In this document: piece by piece, positions 1 to 7,766 of the stretch
Numbering within the stretch: the first letter of the stretch is position 1
Layout of the letters: the number at the start of each line of letters is the position of its first letter
Assembly: GCA_943359455.1 (NCBI GenBank)
Contig: CALRHL010000004.1
Coordinates: forward strand, 1-54,916
From: Candidatus Uhrbacteria bacterium RIFOXYB12_FULL_58_10
GTDB taxonomy: Bacteria > Patescibacteriota > Patescibacteriia > UBA9934 > GWF2-40-263
Length of the DNA: 54,916 bases
Direction of reading: 5' to 3'
Position numbers and translations under genes: made by a program
The notes under the pieces: generated by a model
Seen by the model: only the letters and a program-made list of their open reading frames with translations
Told to the model about the DNA's origin: nothing
Database searches by the model: none

Positions 1-60
1 AAGGTAAAAGGTAAAAAGGAAGGAATTCCTACCCTTTTACCTTTTACATTTTACTTTTCC
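1..60. repeat. 7-nt periodic repeats in inverted arrangement (AAGGTAA)n ... (TTTTACC)n, probably truncated by window edge
   Basis: aaggtaaaaggtaaaaagg followed by ccttttaccttttacattttacttttcc directly downstream of ndk. Confidence 0.7.
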
Positions 61-527
61 TAAATCCCTTCGCCAAACTGGAAGCGATCTGTAATTTTTT
101 CGTAGGAAAATAATTCGTCCTCTTTAAAAAACCGTTTGACTTCTGTCACCGCATTTTCAACCGAATCAGAAGCGTGAATCAAATTCGACGGGACGTTCAT
201 AGAAAAGTCCGCGCGAATTGTTCCCGCATCGGCCGAACGCGGATTTGTTGCACCGACAATTTTGCGGACAGACTCCACACAATCGATTCCTTCCAGAACA
301 ATTCCAACGACAGGAGTTTGCATCATGAATTGTTTAAGCGATGCAAAAAATGGTTTGTCTGCAAGGTGCGAATAATGCTCAGTGAGCATTTCATCACTCA
401 GACGAATAAATTTGAGCGCGACAATTTTAAGACCTTTCAGTTCGAAACGACGGATGATTTCTCCAAGCAAGTCGCGTTGAAGAGCATCTGGTTTGAGAAG
501 AACGAGTGTACGTTGTGTGTCGGGCAT
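60..527 (-). CDS. ndk: nucleoside diphosphate kinase
   Basis: RTLVLLKPDA, GATNP, GTIRADF, NLIHASDS (catalytic His); start moved to MPDTQ at 527. Confidence 0.95.
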   Translation of the reverse strand: MPDTQRTLVLLKPDALQRDLLGEIIRRFELKGLKIVALKFIRLSDEMLTEHYSHLADKPFFASLKQFMMQTPVVGIVLEGIDCVESVRKIVGATNPRSADAGTIRADFSMNVPSNLIHASDSVENAVTEVKRFFKEDELFSYEKITDRFQFGEGI

Positions 528-534
528 ATAAGAG

Positions 535-590
535 AGGCCGGGAGGCATTAGGCCCGGAGGCCAAATGGGTCCGAGGCCGGATAGATAATT
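535..590. repeat. AGGCCGGGAGGC-type short repeat cluster
   Basis: aggccgggaggcat (535-548) recurs exactly at 42726-42739 and partly at 42766-42777. Confidence 0.6.
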
Positions 591-620
591 CAAATTTGAC
601 ATTAGATTATCGTCTTTGAG

Positions 621-1532
621 CTAAAATGGCAAGGGTGAGCGATGTATCCATGGATCGCCACCGTCAGATGTCAGTAGCAGATCTCCGTCCTTGTCCGTAC
701 GATATATTTCAATCCCCAAATCCCAAAGACGGGATATGACAGCCGGATGCGGATGTCCGTATCGGTTATCGACCCCGCAGGAGATCACGACCTCTTCTGG
801 ATGAGCTGATTGTAGAAAATCATACGACGACGAAGTGACCGATCCATGATGGCCAAGTTTGATCACATCCACTTCCCCGACGCTCGCTTGAATGGCTTGT
901 TCGACGGACTCGGTCGCGTCTCCCATCAGCACAACGGATGTGTCGTGATAGTCGAGGCGATACACGATCGAACCAATGTTTGTATCTGGATCTTCGACCG
1001 CATCCTCCGTTGGCCACAGTTGAGTCAACAACACCTCTCCAAAACGAATCGAATTTCCCAATCTCCCTGTCACGAGCGTCGCACCTGGTTCAGAATCTCG
1101 CGCTTCAAAAAAACCTGCCGCAACCGCCGTTGATTTTTTATCACCATTTGAGACGATCGTTGTGACTTCGTACTGTTGCAATACTCCCGCAAGACCACCA
1201 ATATGATCCGCGTCCGGATGTGTGCCAATAACCACATCAATCGTGCGATCCCAAGGCAACATCACCTGTCCTAGTTTTGTGAGTATGTCGCGATCTGGAC
1301 CACCATCAATCAAAATTTGATGTCCATCTGGTGTTTCGATAAATGCGGAATCGCCCTGTCCGATATCAAAAAACCAGATCCGTAACTCATTTCGATACCT
1401 GAACGCAGATTCATACGTCCACAAACCTCCTGAGACGATCAATAACACCAAAACAAGAACGGTCTGTTGGACTCGAATGCGGTGATTTTTCCACCAACGT
1501 TTAGGTGTGAGGCGTGATGATTTTAGTCTCAT
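621..1532 (-). CDS. ComEC/Rec2-type metallo-beta-lactamase-fold nuclease domain (split ComEC, C-terminal part)
   Basis: FFDIGQGDS, ILIDGG, THPDADHIGG, LMGDA, HHGS, NRYGHPH, RTD; start MRLKS overlaps upstream stop (ATGA). Confidence 0.9.
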   Translation of the reverse strand: MRLKSSRLTPKRWWKNHRIRVQQTVLVLVLLIVSGGLWTYESAFRYRNELRIWFFDIGQGDSAFIETPDGHQILIDGGPDRDILTKLGQVMLPWDRTIDVVIGTHPDADHIGGLAGVLQQYEVTTIVSNGDKKSTAVAAGFFEARDSEPGATLVTGRLGNSIRFGEVLLTQLWPTEDAVEDPDTNIGSIVYRLDYHDTSVVLMGDATESVEQAIQASVGEVDVIKLGHHGSVTSSSYDFLQSAHPEEVVISCGVDNRYGHPHPAVISRLWDLGIEIYRTDKDGDLLLTSDGGDPWIHRSPLPF

Positions 1533-2818
1533 ATCGATCCAAACCAGGTGACGAGATGTAAAACGATCGAGGAGACGGCGAAAGCGGGTGTTGCAAAGAT
1601 AATTCCAAGTGTTGGTAAAATAAATCCAGCCAAAATCGCGATCCCGGTTAGTGTCATGAGGATTGGAACGAGTGGAAGGACGAGAAGATTGACGATCGGT
1701 GCGGTGATCGACGCGGTGCCAAAATGCCAGAGCATGATCGGGAGAGTGGCGATGATGGCGACGATCGATGCGGAGAACGACTTGCGCAACGCGAATATCT
1801 CTGGAACGAACGTGCATTTCTTTTCCATCTGCGTTGCGTACAAAAGCATGGCAGCCGTTGCGACAAAGGATAGTTGAAATCCGACATCATCGAAAAGGAG
1901 AAATGGATTTTGTAGCAACATGAGTGTGAGGGCGAGGAGTAAAACATTTGGCATGTACGGTTTTCGATGGATCAAAAATCCGACCAGAGTAAGCGAACCC
2001 ATCAGTCCTGCACGGACGATGGCTGGAGATGCACCAGCGATGAGAACATAGATGAGTAGTAATCCAGCGGTGAGATACGTTCCATTGCGTCGACCGAGCG
2101 CGGTGTGTGTGATCCAATACAAAAATGTCATGGAAAAAAGTGAGACATTAAAACCGCTGGCTGCGAGAATGTGAGACGTTCCTGTTGATGAAAAATCGTC
2201 TTTTAAATCCGCCGAGAGTGCGGAACTTCCACCAAATAACAGTCCGGACAGGAACGATGCGTGTGGTTCAGGAACGATCATCGCGAGACGATCCACAATC
2301 ACGCGTTTGATCGAAAGAAGTGTCGAAATAATACCAGTGCCAGGCGATTGTATGTCCAAATACTGAGCGCGAAAACAGATCGCGAGAATTCCCTGACTCT
2401 GAAGATATCGATCGTATCGAAATGATTCAATCGGTTTAGGAAGTTCCGGCTGACAATTGAAAACGATGCTGTCACCGTAGGAAATGACAGGAAATGGTTC
2501 TGCATAAACAAGAAGTTTACCGCCAGTAGATTCATCTGCAACAGAAAGATCATCTACTTCGATGCGCTGTCCGTATGATGTGTTTTGAACTTCAGCAACG
2601 ACTGTGCCAGCAATGCGAACTGGATGGCCGACCGATTCTGCGATCGTTGAATGGTTAAAATGGTCGTCAGGTTGAACGAACGGTAAGATCACGTTTCCAA
2701 TCGCAATCCCTAAAACAAAACAGATCATCCCCGCCGCAAAAGATTTCGACGGCGATCGGAGGATCTGAGAAATAAAATGTCTTCTATCATTTTGCATTTT
2801 TAATTTTGCATTTTTCAT
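1529..2818 (-). CDS. comEC: ComEC/Rec2 competence channel (OB domain + Competence membrane domain)
   Basis: TGTSHILAASGFNV, SPAIVRAGLM, DVGFQLSFVAT, many TM segments. Confidence 0.9.
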   Translation of the reverse strand: MKNAKLKMQNDRRHFISQILRSPSKSFAAGMICFVLGIAIGNVILPFVQPDDHFNHSTIAESVGHPVRIAGTVVAEVQNTSYGQRIEVDDLSVADESTGGKLLVYAEPFPVISYGDSIVFNCQPELPKPIESFRYDRYLQSQGILAICFRAQYLDIQSPGTGIISTLLSIKRVIVDRLAMIVPEPHASFLSGLLFGGSSALSADLKDDFSSTGTSHILAASGFNVSLFSMTFLYWITHTALGRRNGTYLTAGLLLIYVLIAGASPAIVRAGLMGSLTLVGFLIHRKPYMPNVLLLALTLMLLQNPFLLFDDVGFQLSFVATAAMLLYATQMEKKCTFVPEIFALRKSFSASIVAIIATLPIMLWHFGTASITAPIVNLLVLPLVPILMTLTGIAILAGFILPTLGIIFATPAFAVSSIVLHLVTWFGSI

Positions 2819-4134
2819 TCTTTCCGCAATCCCACTCCTCGATACAAAAATCCATGCGCGGACAGATTCAAATCAGCCAGATGATTCATCCCATCAAAAA
2901 TTCTAGGCTCAGCCATGCGCTCGCGAACAGCCTCAAACGAAACTTCACGAAACTCTGGCCATTCATTCAAAACAAGAAGTGCATCCGCACCTGTCGTCGC
3001 ATCAACGGCGGTTGGAGCAAACTCGACGGAGGATGGCAACACGCGTTTTGCTGCTTCCATTCCCTTTGGATCAAACGCAACAATCTCGGCACCAAGACCA
3101 ATGAGCCGCTGAACAATATCCATAGGAGCGGATCCACGTACATCATCCGTTCCACCTTTGAATGCAAGTCCCCACACCGCAATGCGACGACCACGAACTC
3201 CGTCAAGATCTGAAACAACGCGAGTCACAAACCGCTCACGCTGACGATTATTCACTTCAATCACCGTTGCAAGCAATCGCGAATCATATCCGCTCGTCCC
3301 CGCCATTTGCATAAGGGCAGAAACGTCTTTCGGGAAACACGATCCACCATAACCAATTCCTGCACGCATAAAATGCGGACCAATGCGTTTGTCCATTCCA
3401 ACCGCTCGTGTCACTTCGCGAATATCTGCTCCAAATCGTTCTGCAATATTTGCAATTTCATTCACAAACGAAACTTTGGTTGCAAGCAAAGCATTCGCGG
3501 CATACTTTGTAAGTTCTGCACTTTGCAATGACATAAACACACGCGGTGCGTTTATCCCATCGTGCAGTCGATCAAGGGTTGTCTGCGCAACGGAATCGTC
3601 CGCACCGATCACAATTCGATCCGGTTCCATAAAATCTTTCAGAGCAAAACCTGGACGTAAAAATTCTGGTAATGAAGCAATTGCCACAACCGATGTCAAC
3701 GCTTCACGACCAACTTCTCCCATCTTCTGACGAATGCGTCGAATCACTTCCTGATTTGTTCCAACAGGCACGCTCGACTTCACAACAATAAGTGCCTCAT
3801 GATCCAGCAATTCTCCAATGCGATCAGCTGCGGCTTCTACGAAAGACAAATCGGCAAATCCGTCTGTCCGCGCGGGTGTTCCTACCGCAATCATAACCAC
3901 CTCTGCTCCATCAATCACTTCTGCCAAATCTGTTGCAAATACAATACGCCCGGCCTCCTGCATTTCGCGCAGGAGCTCAGGAAGCTCTGGTTCATAAAAC
4001 GGTGTCTCCCCCAAATCGAGTTGCGCAATTTTTGATGGATCTGTATCTACACACGCCACTCGATGCCCAAGTTTGGCATATCCAAGCCCCGTAACAAGGC
4101 CAACATATCCCGTGCCGATCATGACAAGATTCAT
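2815..4134 (-). CDS. ugd: UDP-glucose/GDP-mannose dehydrogenase family protein
   Basis: GTGYVG Rossmann motif, PEFLR, AELTKYAAN, GYGGSCFPKD, GLAFK..TDDVR. Confidence 0.92.
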   Translation of the reverse strand: MNLVMIGTGYVGLVTGLGYAKLGHRVACVDTDPSKIAQLDLGETPFYEPELPELLREMQEAGRIVFATDLAEVIDGAEVVMIAVGTPARTDGFADLSFVEAAADRIGELLDHEALIVVKSSVPVGTNQEVIRRIRQKMGEVGREALTSVVAIASLPEFLRPGFALKDFMEPDRIVIGADDSVAQTTLDRLHDGINAPRVFMSLQSAELTKYAANALLATKVSFVNEIANIAERFGADIREVTRAVGMDKRIGPHFMRAGIGYGGSCFPKDVSALMQMAGTSGYDSRLLATVIEVNNRQRERFVTRVVSDLDGVRGRRIAVWGLAFKGGTDDVRGSAPMDIVQRLIGLGAEIVAFDPKGMEAAKRVLPSSVEFAPTAVDATTGADALLVLNEWPEFREVSFEAVRERMAEPRIFDGMNHLADLNLSAHGFLYRGVGLRKE

Positions 4135-4140
4135 ACCGCG

Positions 4141-6633
4141 TTACTTCACCACAATGTTGATCAAGCGTCCAGGGACGAAAATCACCTTCACTATTTCTTT
4201 TCCTTCGACAAATTTTATGACATTTTCTGTGGCAAGTGCGCGATCTTGAACATCTTTCTCTGGAAGATCTGGTGAGAGCTCGACGGTTGCACGAAGCTTC
4301 CCATTAACTTGAATCGCGATCGGGACGAGCTCATCAACAAGCAAACCAGGATCATACGTTGGCCACGCTTCGTCAAAGATCGACGTTGTGTGTCCAAGAT
4401 CAGACCAGATTTCCTCTGCAAGATGCGGAGCGAACGGCGCGAGGATCGCAATCAACATCTCATACTCTTCTCGTGGCACTTCCTCAAACTCCATCATCGC
4501 ATTTACACAAATCATCATCTGCGAAATCGCTGTGTTGAATTTGAATGCATCTATGTCGTCGGTGACTTTTTTTATTGTTTTGTGAACAATTTTTTTTATA
4601 TTTTCAACTTTCGAATTTTCTTCGGATTTCGAATTTCGAATTTCGAATTTCATTCTCATCCCCCACACCTTATCCAAAAACCTCCTCACCCCTACAATTC
4701 CATTCGTACTCCACGGCTTTGCATCCTCAAGCGGACCCATGAACATTTCGTACAGCCGGATCGAATCCGCGCCGTACAGCTCGATCACTTCATCAGGATT
4801 GACGACGTTCCCACGAGACTTCGACATTTTTTCTCCGTCCGGACCGAGAATCAGACCTTGATTACGAAGTTTCAAGAATGGTTCTTCAAAATCTAGATAT
4901 CCAAGATCATGCAACGCATACGCAAAGAATCGCGAATACAGCAAATGCATCACGGCGTGTTCAGCACCACCTACATACAAATCCACGGGTGCCCAATACT
5001 TGACCATTTCTGGTTCTGCAAATACTTCTGTGTTGTTCGGATCTGTGTAGCGCAGATAGTACCAGGAAGAATCGACAAATGTGTCCATGGTGTCTGATTC
5101 ACGACGGGCTGGACCATCGCATTTTGGACAAGTCACATCATGAAACGTCGCGGAGTCAACGAGCGGCGACCGTCCTGTTGGCTTAAAATCTACATCGCGA
5201 GGAAGTTCTACTGGCAACTGTTTCGGATCAACGGGTTGTGGACCACAGTTTTCACACCAAATGATCGGAATCGGTGCACCCCAGTAACGCTGGCGACTGA
5301 CAAGCCAATCACGCAGATGGTAGTTCACCACACGCTTCCCCTTCCCTTTGCTTTCAAGTTCAATGGCGAGCATTGTCTTCGCTTCCTGACTCGTCAGTCC
5401 GTTAAACTCTTGAGAATGAACAAGTATACCTGGTCCAGTCCAACATCCAGACAAGCTGTCTGACCCTTCGACAAGCTCAGAGAATATATCTGATGGCGGT
5501 GCGATCACCTGTCGCACTGGCAAGCCATACTTCCCCGCAAACACAAAATCACGTTCATCATGCGCTGGCACCCCCATCACCGCGCCCGTTCCGTAGTTCA
5601 TCAAAACGTAATCCGAAATCCAAATCGGCACATCCTCTCCGGTGAGCGGATGTTTTGCGTACGTTCCGATAAACACGCCGGACTTGTCTTTCTCTAATTG
5701 CGTGCGTTCGAGCTCGGATTTTTTTCGTGCTTGATCGCGATACGCAACGACCGCTTCGTAATTGTCTGGCGTTGTCAGAACATCCACAAGCGGATGTTCT
5801 GGTGCAAGGACGACGTACGACACACCAAACAACGTATCCACACGCGTCGTAAACACAGGAATCGAAAACTCCGCCTCGTGCAGACGTTCAGAACCAATCT
5901 CCCCAACCATCTCTGCCCGCAACCCGCGAAACTCGACCTCTACTCCTTCCTTGCGCCCAATCCAGTTGCGTTGCATCGACTTAATGCGCTCAGGCCAATC
6001 AACGGTTTCAATCCCAGCAAGCAAACGATCGGCATATTTCGTAATCCGAAAAAACCATTGCTCTAATTCTTTTTGAATAACCACCGTTGAACAACGCTCG
6101 CACGATCCGTCCACCACCTGTTCATTTGCAAGCACGGTCTGGCACCCATCACACCAATTCACCGGAGCCTTTGCGCGATACGCAAGATCATTTTTGTACA
6201 ACAATAAAAACAACCACTGCGTCCACTTGTAATACGAAGGATCGCACGTTGAAACTTCACGAGACCAATCAAACGACAATCCAAGTGCTTTCATCTGACG
6301 ACGAAAATTCTCTATCGCCTTCCCCGTCGTCTCCGCCGGATGCACCCCTGTCTTCACGGCATAATTTTCCGCAGGCAATCCAAACGCATCCCACCCCATC
6401 GGAAACAAAACATTCTTCCCCAGCATACGAGCTTTGCGCGTCAAAATATCAACCGCAGTATAGGATTCCACATGCCCCACATGAAGCCCTGCTCCAGATG
6501 GATACGGAAACATCGTAAGATAATACACAGCATCATCCGCGTCCTTTGTTTCCTCTCTGACCTTTCCAACCTTTTTTTCCTCCCATTTCTTCTGCCACTT
6601 CGGTTCAATTTCTAAATGGTTATAACTTGGCAT
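4141..6633 (-). CDS. leuS: leucine--tRNA ligase
   Basis: MFPYPSGAGLHVGH, GWDAFGLPAEN, editing domain GTGAVMGVPAHD, SRQRYWG, KMSKS; start MPSYNH at 6633. Confidence 0.98.
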   Translation of the reverse strand: MPSYNHLEIEPKWQKKWEEKKVGKVREETKDADDAVYYLTMFPYPSGAGLHVGHVESYTAVDILTRKARMLGKNVLFPMGWDAFGLPAENYAVKTGVHPAETTGKAIENFRRQMKALGLSFDWSREVSTCDPSYYKWTQWLFLLLYKNDLAYRAKAPVNWCDGCQTVLANEQVVDGSCERCSTVVIQKELEQWFFRITKYADRLLAGIETVDWPERIKSMQRNWIGRKEGVEVEFRGLRAEMVGEIGSERLHEAEFSIPVFTTRVDTLFGVSYVVLAPEHPLVDVLTTPDNYEAVVAYRDQARKKSELERTQLEKDKSGVFIGTYAKHPLTGEDVPIWISDYVLMNYGTGAVMGVPAHDERDFVFAGKYGLPVRQVIAPPSDIFSELVEGSDSLSGCWTGPGILVHSQEFNGLTSQEAKTMLAIELESKGKGKRVVNYHLRDWLVSRQRYWGAPIPIIWCENCGPQPVDPKQLPVELPRDVDFKPTGRSPLVDSATFHDVTCPKCDGPARRESDTMDTFVDSSWYYLRYTDPNNTEVFAEPEMVKYWAPVDLYVGGAEHAVMHLLYSRFFAYALHDLGYLDFEEPFLKLRNQGLILGPDGEKMSKSRGNVVNPDEVIELYGADSIRLYEMFMGPLEDAKPWSTNGIVGVRRFLDKVWGMRMKFEIRNSKSEENSKVENIKKIVHKTIKKVTDDIDAFKFNTAISQMMICVNAMMEFEEVPREEYEMLIAILAPFAPHLAEEIWSDLGHTTSIFDEAWPTYDPGLLVDELVPIAIQVNGKLRATVELSPDLPEKDVQDRALATENVIKFVEGKEIVKVIFVPGRLINIVVK

Positions 6634-6741
6634 AGTGGAAAGATCGTAACACGGACAGAAAAACAAAAAAAGAGGCAACTAACTATGCCCAAATTTCATC
6701 AAGCTTCATAAATTTTGGGTACAGTTGTAACACATCATTTG

Positions 6742-6778
6742 AAAAAAAGGCGGCTCCCGTACTTGCGCACGAGAGCCG
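6742..6778 (-). terminator. intrinsic terminator of orphan ORF 6784-7440
   Basis: minus strand cggctctcgtgc-gcaa-gtacgggagccg + cc + T7. Confidence 0.8.
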
Positions 6779-6783
6779 AGATT

Positions 6784-7440
6784 TCAGACGTAGAGATCCA
6801 TCCACTGGAAACACCCACCGTTGTAGGTGAGTCCGTGGAATCCATTCGAAGCGTAAGCATCCACTGGGTTCTGGAGGTAGTGCGCTGCGGTCTTGCGAAG
6901 AACAGGGAGACGCATTTCCCGAGGAAGTGCCAACATGCGTGCTGTAATGTCTTGCACCTCATCGTATTCCCAGCCCATGAACGACAGGATCGCGAGAAAC
7001 GCGTACTCCGGCCTGTACGCCGTGCCACCCCAGCGGTGCCCGTACGGTTCACGGAACAAACTGCGAGTCGGGAACGGACGTCCTGCCGGCCACTTCGCGA
7101 TGTACGCCATGAGCCCGTAGTACTCCATGGCCCACAGGTAACTGTGCACCGAGTAGTGCGCGTCGATATCACCGTTCTTGGTCGCTCCGTTCATGTGATT
7201 GAACGCGCCGATTCCGAGCCGAGACATCATGTGGTACGGAGTCACGGACATTGCTTCGCTGAGCTCCCCTTCCTTGATGACTGCCCGCACCGTGATCGTC
7301 GGCGAACTCGAGGCGCGCTCCACGACGTGTGCTGACAGAGTCGAACACTTCGGCGAGCTGTAAAGCACACCAACATCTTTGCTCATCTTTCTAACCTCGG
7401 CCGACGTCATCGACCTTGAAACACCTTGAACTGATTTCAT
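6784..7440 (-). CDS. hypothetical protein (218 aa), stand-alone transcription unit
   Basis: ATG preceded by purine-rich ggaaggaag, own promoter and terminator, higher GC than flanks; no recognised motif. Confidence 0.7.
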   Translation of the reverse strand: MKSVQGVSRSMTSAEVRKMSKDVGVLYSSPKCSTLSAHVVERASSSPTITVRAVIKEGELSEAMSVTPYHMMSRLGIGAFNHMNGATKNGDIDAHYSVHSYLWAMEYYGLMAYIAKWPAGRPFPTRSLFREPYGHRWGGTAYRPEYAFLAILSFMGWEYDEVQDITARMLALPREMRLPVLRKTAAHYLQNPVDAYASNGFHGLTYNGGCFQWMDLYV

Positions 7441-7660
7441 TTTTTCTTCCTTCCCCGCGTTGCGCGAGGTTTAATTTTTGACCCCGTCGGATGACGAGAC
7501 CGTGACCGTCAAACGGCCTGTGTCGCTGCCGTCAACACCGTTCCATCGAACGGCTCGAGATCGTTTGGAAGATATAAACGATTTCGATGCATGTGTATCT
7601 CTGTTCTGATCCTCAAAATGCTTTGCAAATTTAAGGAAATAAGAACGCAAGATAACGGCT

Positions 7661-7689
7661 TAGAATAGCATATTTTTGTGATTTTGTCA
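7661..7689 (-). promoter_or_regulatory. sigma70-type promoter for ORF 6784-7440
   Basis: minus strand TTGACA-17 nt-TATTCT with TG extension. Confidence 0.7.
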
Positions 7690-7766
7690 AGAAATCTGTG
7701 TTATACTATCTATAGAGACCTCTGTAACTTGACGGGACTCAAGTCCCTAAGAAATCAACGCAATCT

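Noticed and set aside
1533-1817. N-terminal extensions in the ORF track (also ndk, leuS, trxA, rpsB, gyrB, rplA, folA, DUF3048, 29875 ORF)
   Set aside because: They overlap neighbouring genes, promoters or leaders; homology begins at the downstream ATG used in the feature list.
6715-7335. 206-aa + strand ORF
   Set aside because: Antisense shadow of 6784-7440, which has the promoter, SD and terminator.
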